Positions 26,384-40,088 of a stretch of 64,000 nt of DNA are shown here, piece after piece. The notes beneath the pieces were generated by a model. It was not told the DNA's origin, did not search any database, and was given only the letters and a program-made list of their open reading frames with translations. This DNA is from Eledone cirrhosa. Lineage: Eukaryota. The first letter of the stretch is position 1. Every line of letters begins with the position of its first letter. The stretch lies in assembly GCA_964016885.1 (NCBI GenBank), contig OZ024741.1, forward strand, positions 78,864,001 through 78,928,000. Direction: 5' to 3'. The position numbers were made by a program, and so were the translations under genes.

Positions 26384-26454
26384 TATTTTATTATGCGCAT
26401 TTCAAAAGCAAATATCATCATGGGATCATATTTGCGTTCTCATCAGATAAAATA
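26384..26454 (-). ncRNA. Type I hammerhead motif
   Basis: TATTTTAT-CTGATGA-GAACGCAAATAT...ATATTTGCTTTT-GAAA-TGCGCA-TA^-ATAAAATA. Confidence 0.82.
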
Positions 26455-27155
26455 GGGAAACATGATATGAAGCTTAAAAAACACTTGTGAGCAGTGAAGT
26501 TTTAAATCAACATATGAAAAATAAAGTAAGATGGATATATGAGATTGGGAAAAAAAGGAGGGGGGTTAGTAAATGGTAAGGAAGAGGAAGAAAGAAAATA
26601 AAGGATGAAGTGGGAGGAGTATAAAACGGAAGGATGAGAGAGGAGGAGAAATGAGTGATAGAGAGAGAGAGAGAAATAGCCTTTACAACTGAGAAAAACA
26701 TTGTCTCAATATTGTGCAATATATATATATATATATACATATTGCACTTGTAATGCCAGTTTGCACGACAGATCGGAGAAACGCTCCGTTGGTAAAATGC
26801 ATGTGAGACGATAATAAAATAGGAAGGGACGGAAATGTACGGGTGTCTTTCGATCAAAACGGAGATAAATAAGATTGCGACAAGAAATAAATAGACAACG
26901 GACTTAACATGTGAAATGTGCCACATATTAACGTTGGAAGTAATGAAAGGTTAAAAATATCTTTCGTCTGCTGGCTGTAGTTGGGTTACGGAGCTGAAGA
27001 AAAGTGGCCTGCTACAAAGGCTGAAAAATAAAAAAAAAACTGGAAGAAGGCCAGACACCAAGGAAGAAGTAGATACGCTAGCGATAGTGAGAGAGACGAG
27101 AAGAGGGTAGAAGAGAAGAAACCATAGGAAGATAGATAGATAGTGTGTGTGTTGG

Positions 27156-27226
<71 letters not shown>

Positions 27227-27669
27227 AGCGTAACCAGGGAGTGCTGACCTCTGGCATGAATGATAACATCTCAGGACGATTTGTCACACACACGCATCCC
27301 TATATGTATAAAAAAGACAAGCTCCATGCCCATTGCTTTGTTTTAATTTGTTCATTTTGTTAACATACATAACCAACGCATATTTTTCTATACATCTATA
27401 TTTGGTCATTTTTGTCTACCCAAATTGCTAAGTGAATATTAATTGCTATTAATAGCAACAGGAATACAATCATTACAGTAACTAACTAACTGGCTAAGTG
27501 AACATATCCGTTCCTTTCACTAAATTTGCAGATAGACAAGGTCGACTCCCACTACATTGTTTTAAACAGTTCCCAAAAGACTTGGATCAGCCAATTGATA
27601 GATGCAATTGCCAAAGACGAGAGGAGTGCCCACTGGGAACGAGTGCCCCAGTAAGAACATCGCATACCA

Positions 27670-28810
27670 ATGTTTGTGATTCTGGTCTATCTCTCTGCGG
27701 TCGGTGTTGATTTGTTGGTGTTCGATTTTGTGTGTGATTTGTTGCGTGTTATTGGTTGATTCGAATGCTTAGTTATGTCTATATATATTGGTCCTATTTG
27801 TGTATGATATGGTGCCAGCTAGGTTTGGTGCAGTGGAGAAAGAGAATTTTACTGTATGTCTGTTAAAAAGTTAGTGGTATCTTGTGTAGGTGGAAAGGAT
27901 TTGTCAAAGGCCCTGAAAAAGGTTCTGGGAACATTGGTAGCGACGTGTATTGAGTACTGGCCGTTGTACAGGAGCGTTTAGTGTGGTCATTGTGGCTTGG
28001 TGTGTTTATAGCGGTGTTGTCGTCAGGTGTAAGGGTTTTGCGTGTTCGTTCGTGGTTCGTATCGTTCAGTCGACCGTCACGAGGTATTGTACTTGCTATT
28101 TTGTGTGCGTGTGTGTCGTACTAGGGTGGCTATTTGTAGAGCTACTATTAGTGTGGTAGGAGGCTATGGCTTTCGCCCTGTGTGGGTGGTATACGTCTTT
28201 GTCTGTCTCGTCCGCTAGAGCTAAGCTCTGGGAAGCCATTACTCTGCGAGGCACGTTGTTACCATTACGTGCGGTTAAAGGCATGTGGGGTTTGGGTAAT
28301 GCCACTTTGTCAATCTGGTCGTCATAAGTAATCTTATCTTCGTACCCCGACCGGGTCAGTGCTGAGTTATAATACTCAGCATACTGGTTGAAGATATTTT
28401 CATTAGTCGATAAGGTAGACACCTTGTTAGAGACACTCTTAATTATAGAGTTAATAATGGCTTTTGGGTGGTTGGAGTGTCTAGTTACATACTGCAGGTT
28501 TTCATTGGGTTTGTGGTATGGACGGCACAAACCGGTGTCTGATTATAGAGGGACATCTCAGAAGTTAACAGTCCTCGTGTTAGGTTCTATTTCTACCGCC
28601 AAGCCGCAATTCTTAAAGAAGTGGCTAAGTAGTTTGCGTTGTCTTTCTAGTTGGCTATTGTTAAGTCTTTGATCTGCAAACAGGGCGTCGTCTCTGTATA
28701 TACCAGCTCCTACATTAAGGATCTCTTCAGCCAGTTTACATAAGATGTACAAATCTACCACCTCTGTGATTTGAATGGAATCACTCGACTCCATCCTAAT
28801 GTCGAACTTT
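27670..28810 (-). mobile_element. Penelope-like RT/thumb/linker fragment
   Basis: GIYRDD, TVNF, RPYHKPNENLQYV..HSNHP.AII.SI, ENIFN..AEYYNSAL..SGY. Confidence 0.88.
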
Positions 28811-28872
28811 GAGTGAAACGCGCGTCACATCTGAATAAACGTAATGAAAATTTTACACCTCGTCCATACTTA

Positions 28873-29063
28873 TTCGGTGGATTGGCAGTATCGGTAGAGG
28901 GTCGGACGCCATGCTTTCCAGCATAGTTATGTCCCTTTACGATCTGAGTTCAAATCCCGCCGAGGTTAACTCTGCCTTTCATCCTTACGGGGTCGATAAA
29001 ATAAAGTACCAGTAATGCACTGGGTAATTGCTGGCCTTGTGGCTAAAGTAGAAACAATTAATA
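28873..29063 (+). mobile_element. SINE family A full copy
   Basis: Near-identical to 7840-8032 and to the reverse copy at 40997-41208. Confidence 0.88.
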
Positions 29064-29164
29064 TTACACTCTGCTTAGTACAGCCCCAAAGTACATACTA
29101 GAAACTACAGATCGAGTGTTCATTTTGGTGGGCCAACAGAAACTTGACGTTACAATCATCCCTA

Positions 29165-29214
<50 letters not shown>

Positions 29215-29222
<8 letters not shown>

Positions 29223-29351
29223 TAAAATAACAGATTAAAGTTTAAGCAAAGAATCGCTGCTTTCACCCTTAACGGGAGTTTCAGAAGATCCCGTTAAGGG
29301 TAAAAGCAGCGATTCTTTGCTTAAACTTTAATCTGTTATTTTAATAAATAT
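29215..29351. repeat. Short fold-back (63-bp arms) in (TA)n with a partial HHR-like core at the turn
   Basis: Arms 29215-29277 and 29289-29351; combining both arms gives C(T/A)GAAGA-TCCC gttaa GGGT-(G/A)AAA. Confidence 0.85.
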
Positions 29352-29434
29352 TTGCTCTACGGTTCTTATATATTTGATATATATTTATCCTTATCGAGCC
29401 CTCTTTGGATTTTAGTCTTCAAATTTATTATTAT

Positions 29435-29484
<50 letters not shown>

Positions 29485-29488
<4 letters not shown>

Positions 29489-30693
29489 GAGGACCTCATA
29501 TATTTTGCATGGACACACTGCAACTGCAGGCAACCCAATAAAGGGGAAACGTATGTATAAAAACATCGTTTACCAATGTGTAGTTAAAACAGAATTTGGG
29601 ATATATAAATATTTGGGTGCCACATGCAACTTCTTTTTAAAAGACGATATGTACACATCCGCTCATTCAAAAATTCTGAGATATGTAAATCGACTGCCCT
29701 AGCCAAAGAAAATATGTGATTTAAAACAGGATAATATAGATTACACACTTTCTTGGCCAGTGCTACGATCACCCGCCCATATCAAAACGAAAGACGCTCT
29801 TGCAATCTTTGTGTGATGGAAGTGTTGGAGATTATGACTGGATCAGATCTGTTGAACTCTCAACACGATAGAATCTTCAACTGCCAACTTGAGGCAATAA
29901 AAACTTTCGCTAAGTTTCATCCGGACTAGCGTAGGATTGGATATCGTGTCTATGTATCTACATTAATTAACTCACTCCTTCCATCACATTCCCCTCGCCG
30001 CCTTTATTCGTCATGGCGCCCGCATATTTACTATGTTGTTGGTTTCTGTTGAGATAACTCTAAAATTTTGCTCCTCAATCTAATCTATTGCCTTTCAACG
30101 AAATTTATCTTTTATGGTCCTTTTGTTTTTTCCTTCTCGTTTCTTTTATCCCCTCTTTCTTTCACTCTTCACTTCTACACTACCTATCTCTCTATATCAT
30201 TACAATAGGTTCCTTGACCATTCATAGTCCTCATTTTGAACCTTTCTCCAGTTACAACTCTATTAATCTTCTCATTGGGCATTTGGACTGTAATGCCCCC
30301 ATACAAATATAGTATCTATACTTGATATAATTATTGTTATTCATGTATTATATTTTTTGTTCACCATTCTTGTTATTTATATATTATATCTTGATTTTAA
30401 TTTTCTCCGTATACCAAAATGAAATTTATATATTAGCTTTGTCGGCAGTAAACGATGCTTATTGCAGAAATGTTGAATTCACCACTAAGAATATAACTAA
30501 ATTTCCCCCGGATGATTCTCTTTTTGATGAGGTGCAATTGCAGACTCGTAATGCATGCGAACGAACATTATATAATATAGTCAGCGGATGTAGACTGTTA
30601 CGTGCAGAAACATATGTTAAAGATAGATTACATAATAAATTCTTCTTCTGTCCAACTCTTCCGGCCTAGTTTTTCTTAATTTTTTTCCTGGTA

Positions 30694-30697
<4 letters not shown>
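29485..30697 (+). mobile_element. Penelope-like GIY-YIG fragment plus 3' non-coding tail, between (TA)n tracts
   Basis: HCNC, KNIVYQCVV....YKYLGAT, RSCNLCVME. Confidence 0.78.
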
Positions 30698-30760
<63 letters not shown>

Positions 30761-30807
30761 CGACAATAACATTACAAATGGAACACTAGTAAATTTAACA
30801 TGAAAAA

Positions 30808-30844
30808 ACTTTTGAAAAGTTGTTCTAAGCGAAACCGGTCATGT
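30808..30844 (+). ncRNA. Degenerate hammerhead, U3-A8 variant
   Basis: ACTT-TTGAAAA-GTT..AAGC-GAAA-CCGG-TC^-ATGT, 50 bp from a (TA)n tract; helices imperfect. Confidence 0.55.
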
Positions 30845-30961
30845 ACAAAAGTACAAAATCTATTATAACTTTTTCCGTTGTGTACTATACACGTGACATG
30901 TTATCAGCTTCAGCATTCTCCTTGGCTTGTTAAAAAAACAGAAACACAGGCGTTTTTTAAA

Positions 30962-31042
<81 letters not shown>

Positions 31043-32881
31043 TATCTTACTCGAATATATTGGAGATAACAAAACAAATATAAATATATGCCAACGAAAT
31101 CATATATAAGCGTACAAATATCGACATGTTTGCCAAAACATAGATGCATGTAAATATTTTGCATTTTTATGTATTTGTGTGCATTTTTACATGTAAAATT
31201 TTCGTTTGTAAATAGACGCATATTGCATTTACAATAAGGTATGAAGGTACACACTTGATTTGTACCATTCATATGGAATGCATCTCTGGGCATATTCTCT
31301 GAATAATAAATGTTTTTAAAGTTAACCATACGACATTTTTAAGTTTGAGATGAAATCCCGCGGCGATTAACTTTGCTTTCTTGAGCGGGATTAATTGCAG
31401 TTGATTCAGTCAACGTCAGTCAATGTCAGCCATCTACAAATATGTGACCTTCTGCCGAAATTAGAAACAATTTATACAACGGTATTGGAATGTAAAGGTT
31501 GAATGACAAACTAAATGTCATAGAGTTTGTAAGTCATATTGTTGGAGCAGCTCAAAGTATAATAATGACTGAGGGAGATTACTCAGGGATGCTCTCAGTT
31601 CGAACAATAACAGTCAAATAAGAACCGTTCTACTTAATGCTGTGAGGAAAAACTGTAATTAGTAGTAATTACGTAGCGAGGACAAGAAAACATTATCACA
31701 ATGACTAATGTTAATTTAATCTAATCTTGGTTAGTACTGCTGACAACTCAAGACTTGTTAGTCTTCTTATGCCCCTCCCCCTCCACGAAGCATAACCTCC
31801 TCCACGCTTGTCAGATTAAAGATAAGAAAATAATGTACATGAGTAGGTTTGAAACTTTATAATAATGATAGGGATAAATTATATAGGGACACTATCCACA
31901 CTTGTCTACTTTTCCTGAGTAATTTACATAAGGCATTATATGATAATTTCTTTATGTTTTGTCGTATACATCATTATACATCAATATCTTATCATTAATC
32001 TGGCAAATAAGGAAAATATTGTTTCTAGTCGAAGTCTAATATTTCCGAAACTCGTTGCCTCCCATACTTTTCTGAAAGATCAATAATTTAAACAAATGCT
32101 GCCGCACATTTATTTCTGATTTAGATTTTTGATGTTTACTCTATTAAATATGATTACGCTAACTTAATTATTGTTTTTCATGTTTATAAACATAATTTCG
32201 GTGACTTATGTTTGGTCTCTGCATGTAGTCACCTTTTTTAACACAAAGTCAGCTTTGATTTAGCAGACATTTATGGTAAAAAAAACAAACGTTCCAGTCG
32301 TCATCACCCTGTCTTTCTATATCCAGGTAGTGGCGACGTTAGAAGAGGTGGTCCGTCACGGGCAACCATTTGTGCTTTTCTTGGGGAAGAGGCAAGTTCA
32401 GGAACTACCCTAGGTGACACAAACTTTCGTTTTTTTTTAATAAATTGTATGGCGTGATTTGAGGGAATTTTTTATGAAGACTATGAGCCTTCTCCTTGAA
32501 AGCTTATCGGAAATTTTAAGGCGGGTGATGGCTTTTTAGGTGTGTATTGATTGATTGATAGTTGGTAAAGTTGACTGAAAGGTAGCATGCTGGATTAGTT
32601 TTATCGTTGTTTCTCAATAAAAATAATTGGTCTCCATTCAAGAAGCACGTGCATGCCGCTGTGACATATCGAGATTGTATCTAAACAAGATATGTGTGCA
32701 ATAGATGAAGGGGAAAATATCAAAAGTGGGGGAACTTCTGTTTGTAGTTAACAATTTGTAGGGAGGAAGGAGAATGGGATAATTAGATTCCAATAATTTA
32801 ATGCAAGGAAAGAAATGCAAAGAAGATAACCACATACCGAAGCCTGAATGAAATACATAGGCGTGAGTGAATGAAATGAGT

Positions 32882-32948
<67 letters not shown>

Positions 32949-32971
32949 AAGAGAGAGAGAGATTTAGATAA

Positions 32972-33005
<34 letters not shown>

Positions 33006-33039
33006 GGAGAGAAAGCAATCTCAAAGACAGGAATGAAAA

Positions 33040-33950
33040 TTCCTGCTGACTGGCGTATAGAGGGTGTACTACTTGTACTTATGTTGACGTTCACCCAGAA
33101 TGGGTTGATCCGGCTCCAATCTGTGCACCCGCAGCATCCCAAACTGAAGCCACCTATGCATGCCAACCTCAGACGATACCAGCAGAGGACACCATATATG
33201 CTAGGACTAGATATTAACTCAAGATTCGACTTGATTGTACCAATCCACATTTTCAACTGTCCGTCTTGCCGTTCACACCACCCCGTTAATGGATGAGTTC
33301 ACTCCATGGACGACAGAATGCGCGACAAAAGAAACACACGCTCCTTCTGAGTAGGAGTTGTTATAGGTAATCGATGTAGTTTCAATGACGATTTACAGAG
33401 TTTTGCCAAAAGAAATTCGAATGCGGCGAAGACCAAAATGGTTAAAGGTTTCGAGCTTGCGTAAATCCTGGCCATGCCTTATAAAGAAGGGTAGTGCGAA
33501 CAAGTACCCGATAGATACAGATTTTTGGCTTGATAGATTTCTGACCTCGAAAAGAGCCTGCTTAGAAGACTACAGAATGCAGCTCACTGGTCTGTGACTG
33601 TAAAGGCGGTGTTAAGATACTTGAGTTGATCGAACTCTACTAGAATCTTACCATTGAGTATAACAGGGATCATTTCAGAAGTTAAGATGCCGGTAGATAC
33701 TACCTTTACTTTGGCTGCATTGATCTTCATGTCAACATGCGACACGTATACATTGAGCCGTTCACCGACTGATTGAACATTGACGTAGTCATGACCAGTT
33801 ATCGTGGAGTCATTAGCATAGTCAAAGTCAATGACTCTGCAGTCTTGTCTCATAGGAAATCCTACAGAGCATGCTCGGCAATTCAGTTAATGTCATTACT
33901 GAAGGATAACTGGAGATAGAAGACAGCCCTGCCGAACACCAGAGTGATTT
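33040..33950 (-). mobile_element. RTE-clade LINE RT fragment, decayed
   Basis: SGVRQGCLLSP, DFDYAND (degenerate YADD), MKINAAKVKV, VEFDQLKYL. Confidence 0.85.
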
Positions 33951-34019
33951 TCTGTAGTCAAAAAGTTACTAATTCAATTCAATTTTCAAATTCCACCACA
34001 AATTCCAATCACGTGTTGC

Positions 34020-34118
<99 letters not shown>

Positions 34119-34758
34119 AGAAACATAATTCTAAAGAAACAGTATTTCCAAACTACATATAGCGTTACCCACTGTCTCTTTTAAAGTAGCGTGAAACTTC
34201 ATTAGAACACTGGACATAGCGATTTCTAATGTTGGTCTTGAAATAGAGTGGAGTGATTTGAGTCTCTGGCTCATCTGACTCTGGCAAACAATACTTAGAA
34301 TGAGCCTTTATTCAGCGTTATGAACCCCACTTCGGTATGTTCGGTTAGTTTTCGGTCTGTGTTGAGAAGGGAGAATGGATGGAGCCTGAGGCTACAAACT
34401 TTACCTTTATTAATCAAAATTGCTAGAGAAAGGACGAGCAGACACTTGGCCGGCAGCCGGCTCCTGACAAGCCTTGCAATTGTGCAGAATGCAAATCTGT
34501 CAACGCACGATGGCTCATAGGGAGGAAAAAGAACTAAAAGAACTAAAGGACACATATACCCAACCCGCAACACACACACACGAAACCATATATGGAATTT
34601 AGTTTTAGGCTGAGTGGTCGCTGTAGTTTTGTATATGTGATCAAGCTTTCAAGAATAAAGGCGATATCATTGGTTATAGAATGAAATCTATCCATCTCTC
34701 TATTTATCTACCTGTCTATCTATTTATATTTATAACTCTATTTACATTTCTATATCTG

Positions 34759-34803
<45 letters not shown>

Positions 34804-34959
34804 ACACACACTTTCACAAACGCACATGCATATGTACGAACACACACCATACCCACACTTGCACGGGCGCACACACACACGAAACATATATTGTATGCAT
34901 ATACATTGCATTGTGTAAGAAAGGGGGTTAAATGTTTGGTTAGGTTATGTAATTATAGT

Positions 34960-35560
34960 CTTGTATACTGATTGGTTGGTGTTTCAGGAAAGTGTTCGGT
35001 CATGGTTGTGGGTGTGGTTACACAATAATGAAGAGTATATGACAATCTGAAACCTATTTTATTAATTTCGTTGTTTCTATAATTTATGATTTTAAATTTC
35101 TCGTTAATTGGAAATTTTACTTTTGGGTTTCTGCGTGCTTATTTCAATGGTGTTGTTGAATATAGCTAGAGTCTTATTTCTGTAAATAACTTGGTTAATT
35201 GCAGGTTTGCATGTGTCATATAAAAAGGAGTATTTTTCTGATATTTCTTTATCTATTAATGTATTTTAACAATGTATTTTGATATTTTTTTGCGGTGTGG
35301 TTCTATGTATTTTTGTTTTCGGAAATTTGAAACTGATGTAAACGCCAATATAGTCTTGCTTTCTGAGAATGCATGGTATGGCGTTTTAAGAGACTGACCA
35401 ATATAACAGTTGCCATAGAATCATGAACATTCTATTTTTACTCACGATTTCTCAAATCACATTGTTAATATACAAGTTGTTATTTTGTTCCAGGTTCGCC
35501 TTGTTTAAGTAGATCTGTGATCAACCGCGTTTCAACTGTGACAATTTCATATTTTTTCTA
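34960..35560 (-). mobile_element. Very old PLE GIY-YIG remnant
   Basis: CYIGQS and TTMTEHF-like words in minus frames only. Confidence 0.35.
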
Positions 35561-36862
35561 GGTTTATTTCATTTAGGATCACACTATCGAGTGAGTCATT
35601 TCTTAAAAAGATAGGGCATGGTTTGAGGGAGATTTGGCTGTCATTTCTAATAGGTTGTAGCATCACATAGTTGCCCCGGCAATTTCCCTACTCTGATGCG
35701 TTACATATTAAATTTTAATTAATAAAAATTTCATAGTTGTTTCCCCTGCTTTCTTGTGGCCGGTACTAGTCATTATTCACATCGCTAAAGATGTAACTAT
35801 TAAATTAATAATTAAATTTCGTTTGGTTTCTTGTTCAAGTATTTAAACGACCACTTTACTATTGTATTATCCAATGTGATTTTATTTTTTTAAAGTCAGT
35901 AGTGTGATGTTTAAGGGAGATTTGGTTACCAGCAGTTTAAATGGCTGCGGAGACGTGTCTTATTTCGATGGTTGGCTTTTTTTTATCAACTATATTTTTA
36001 GGATGTGGGAGAAAATAATATTTTTCTGGCTATACAGTCAATGGAGGACGACCGTATTGCGATCCCGCTTTAAATTGTTTTAGTAGATCAGTCCGGCCTC
36101 AGAACAAGAGCTCTGTTTATTGAATAGATGTAAGCAGTTTCGACCCCTACCAACGGTACTGCTGGTCCATCAGGAGTCACAGCGTCTGACATAAACCAAA
36201 CGCTGTCCAAAGGAGTAAGAGACAAAAGACAAAACATTAATTTATAGCGGTTAAGCTACAAAAAAACATAGAATTTTTGTTACGTTAGAAAAAGTGAAAC
36301 ATGAGTGAAACAAGGTAAAAAGAAAAAAGAAAAAGATAAAAAGCAAGAAAGCAAGAAGAAAGTAATATATTGTGTTAAAAATGTAAGCCATTACAATAAA
36401 TGAGGGAGAAGAGATAAACACGTCCGACATATTAGTAAATAAACTTACGAAAATTAACAAAAAAAGGACAAGACAACGAACGGAAACAAAACAAAACGAA
36501 AAACAATTTTTTAAGGGAAAACCTTAAAGAATTATCTTTTTTTAAAATGAATATACAAACGACGGATACAGAACTCCACAGTTTTCAGCCTTTGAGGTGG
36601 ACTTATATATATGTATTTATATATATACAGGGAAAATAATAAAGATTTGAAGATGCACTTTATGCTTTTTTTAAATATGTATACCTGTAACGTTTTTAGT
36701 ACATAACGTAAAATAAATTCACACCAAAATAAAAAAAATCTAAATTACTCTTTTTAAAAAGATATATGTGGGTTTTCAGATATAGTCATGATTATTTAAC
36801 TAGCTTTTGTCACTAAACCGGATCGCTGAGTAGCTTTTCAAACATTTTCATTTTGGTTTGTG

Positions 36863-36929
<67 letters not shown>

Positions 36930-36933
<4 letters not shown>

Positions 36934-38950
36934 GTATTTACGTATCGAGAAAGAGAAAAAAAGGGGGGATAGGTGATACATATAGTTATTTGCCAAGTAG
37001 CGTATGCCAAAGGTGCTCGATACTAGTGCCGGCAGTATTAAATATTTGAAGTGTTAATATTTAGTGGGCTAGAGAGTTAGCAGAGCGTAAGCACGTGGGA
37101 AAGTAAAAAATCGGAGAATAGACCGTTAAAACATGTTTATTTAAAATATCACCTACGTACGTTTCGCCCAGTTGGGCTTCTCAAGGGCATAAATAATCAC
37201 AAGTGTTCCTTATATTGCTCGGAAAGAGTTTTTGGGGTTAAATCCACATCAAGGCTCATTGCTCGCAAAAATATCTTGTTTTGATTTTGCATCAGGTCAA
37301 GGGAGGTAACTCTGGCCGGTGTTAGGGCAGTCTTTACCGGACAAATTTTTTTTCTTTTTTTTGCCGCATCCGTTTGTCTGAGGCTGGGTCTGGTATGCAA
37401 GGATTGTTTCCTGGGTGTTATTTTGCAACGCCTGCTCGCCGGGGTGTTAAGACTTGTTGCAGGGAGATCCAGTGTACTATTTCACTCTTCATCCTTAACC
37501 CATCTGAAGAAGGATATTTTTAAGCGATGTGTACAACTTATCGCTGTTTCAGCTCTGCTGTTGATGAGCTCGTGGGGTGCAGTTATGGTGTGGTAGAGCT
37601 CCATGAGGCAAAGATCGCATTTCCTCTTGAAGTTGTACGGTGCAGCCCTGCCGACAATCTCCCAGTGCGTGGAGAAGCTGATGTTTAAGTCCTTTAGTGA
37701 TGTGATGTAGTCCGCGAGCGAGGTGGAGTGCCTTAGTTTTCTATTTGTGAAAGAGTGGAGATGTGTTCGAAACCTAATTTTGAACGGGCCCTATATAATG
37801 TTTAACGCTATTGTGGCTAGTAATAGTGCATCTATATATAACCCTATCAGTCAAGCAGTATCCTCTAAGGGGGCAGCGTCCTCTGTCCCGGCAGTTGCAA
37901 TTTCTGTCGCGGTTCCGCCTTTTTCCCACGGTAAGGCTATCATTGTTGCTGCCTACGTTGTTACCTACGCTACCGCAGCTGTCGTTAGCACAATTACAAC
38001 CCACAGCACGCGGGGTGGTGGGATTGTTATTCCGCACGTCATGTTCTGCATGTTCCCCAGTCATTTCGCGGTTATTCTGGTTGCGTCTGCGGATGCCGTT
38101 GCCAACACTATTGGATGCTGCCAGGGAGTTGTTAAGGCCGATATAGTTATTGTCAGGTGTAGGTGCGTCTGTGTCGAGGTGCTGTGTCTTGGTGATCTTA
38201 CTGTGGTTCGTTGTTCCTATGATGTCTGCTAGGTTAGGAGTAGTAGAGAAGGATATTTTTATATTGTTCCTATTAAGAATTTTTCTATACCTATGTTTGG
38301 GCGGGAAGTTCTTCTCTAAGGCTTCGAAGAACATCCGGGGTATGTTGGAGGCCACACTCCGAGAGTAGGGGGGTGTGTGTGTGTGTGTGGAACCATAGGA
38401 CGTTACGGTGGCGATTACGTCTCCTTGTACTTTTGCTACGGGTGGTTCCATCTAAGTGACCGCTCTTATGTGTGTTAATGCGCAGTCGCCCGTTCGGTGC
38501 CCCTTTCACTTTATGCTCGGGTGCACTCTTTCTACCTCTTCCATGTTTATGTACACGAAGATGTTGGTTGGAAGGCGTTGGTAGTATGCCGTCGCCTTTG
38601 TTGGTTTTGTAATAGGGGAATAGTTTGAGTAATCTACAGTGTTCACCGTCGCCGGGGACGTGATCTTTGGTGCGGTTATCTATTCTATTATATCCGACTT
38701 CAACGAGGTCGCCGCGTGATCGTTTATAGGTATGGCTTACTATAACGTTAGTTTTATGAGGGGGGTGGTTTCTAGAGCTAGCGTTAGGGATGTAGGAAAT
38801 TCCTCGGTTAAAGCCGGCGCTTATCAGGGCCCTATTGTAGTAATCAGCCGCTTGGTTGAAGATATCCTCATTGGCGGATAGCCTCGAGATTCTATGTGAG
38901 ATACTATAGACTATGGAGTTGAGAGTCTGCTTAGGGTGGTTGGAGGCATA
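36930..38950 (-). mobile_element. Penelope-like element 3' half with HHR-bearing tail
   Basis: PPYSRSVASNIPRMFFEALEKNFPPKHRYRKILNRNNIKISFSTTPNL, CNCRDRGRCPLRGYC..VIYRC...HYIG, CDLCLME. Confidence 0.9.
37152..37186 (-). ncRNA. Hammerhead, U3-A8 variant, in the PLE 3' tail
   Basis: CC-TTGAGAA-GCCCA ac TGGGC-GAAA-CGTACG-TA^-GG; helix I is short. Confidence 0.72.
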
Positions 38951-38987
38951 ATTAATATAAGAGAGGCACTCTCAATATATATATATA

Positions 38988-39866
38988 CTAGCAGTAAAGC
39001 CCGGCGTTGCTCGGGGTCGCTCAGTAGCTGTGTTAAAGTTACAATGTTAAGTTTCTTTATTGGCTTAAAAACTGTAGTGTCTACTGTGCAGACTTGCATG
39101 TGGTGTTTTTGATTAATATTCCCTCAACCAACAATATGCCTTATGGAAGTTAAGAAAACATAACGATAACCCGAATGTTATAACAAAAGAGGATGCTGGG
39201 GATAGAAACTGCACTGGTTATTTATTAACAAAGATCGAAAATGTAAACACTGCAACGCAGAGAAAAACATTAGCGTAACCAAATTATCAGTTATGTCTGT
39301 CTGCACGCCTATATCACCTCTCTGCACGACTGTCTGTCTGCACGCCTATATCACCACTCTGCACGACTGTCTGTCTGCACGCGTATATCACCTCTCTGCA
39401 CGACTGTCTGTCTGCACGACTGTCTGTCTGCACGCCTAACGACGAAATATTTGCTTGTTTTACGTAGTCTTTAAATAGACTTGTTTTCAAGTAAAAATAT
39501 TGTTTTAAAATGCTTTTAAATGGAAATGAAGCAAAACGGGAGCTTAGTGTTCGAACTGATGAATTTTGCAGGTCAATATTTTGCTGGCTCGACAACTGAG
39601 AAAGCCAGCGTAATTTTTTACGTAAGACGCTCAATGTAAACATAACAAAGGGAAATAACTGATAACTTACGCTCAAAAATCGATACATTATATTCGATTT
39701 CGTCACATAGGGTGGGTCAATTTGAAATATTTTTTTTTCCGATGTCTTCGCTAGGGCTCAATGTACAAGTATAGCAATTTCGGTGCAATTCTGTGAGAGA
39801 TTCTAAGAGGAGATGTGTGCCAAAAATCGATAGACAGACAGACAACCACAGTTTTATATATATAGA
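38988..39866 (-). mobile_element. Non-autonomous Helitron (879 bp)
   Basis: On the minus strand: A|TC 5' end, CTAG|T 3' end, hairpin CCCGAGCAACGCCGGG 8 nt before CTAG, no TSD; internal minisatellite. Confidence 0.85.
39296..39438. repeat. About 37-bp minisatellite built from TCTGCACG submotifs, inside the Helitron
   Basis: TCTGCACGCCTATATCACCTCTCTGCACGACTGTCTG repeated about 3.5 times. Confidence 0.9.
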
Positions 39867-40048
39867 TAATATTATTCAAAATATTAATAAATGAGAAATA
39901 TTATAACCAAAGTATATATTTTATTATTTCTCATTTATTAATATTTTGAATAATCTTATAGATACTCCAGAAAAATTCTTGTCGAGTGCTTCTAACCTAT
40001 TGTAAAATTGAATTCGTTGAATAATCAACGAACCATATAAACTTTAGG

Positions 40049-40080
<32 letters not shown>

Positions 40081-40088
<8 letters not shown>

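Noticed and set aside
36108-36178. HHR-like CTGATG-GACC..GGTC-GAAA on the minus strand
   Set aside because: A9 is missing and the cleavage site and helix I cannot be assigned.
39296-39438. Short repeats resembling a CRISPR array
   Set aside because: Tandem units without unique spacers, no cas genes, eukaryotic context; it is a Helitron-internal minisatellite.
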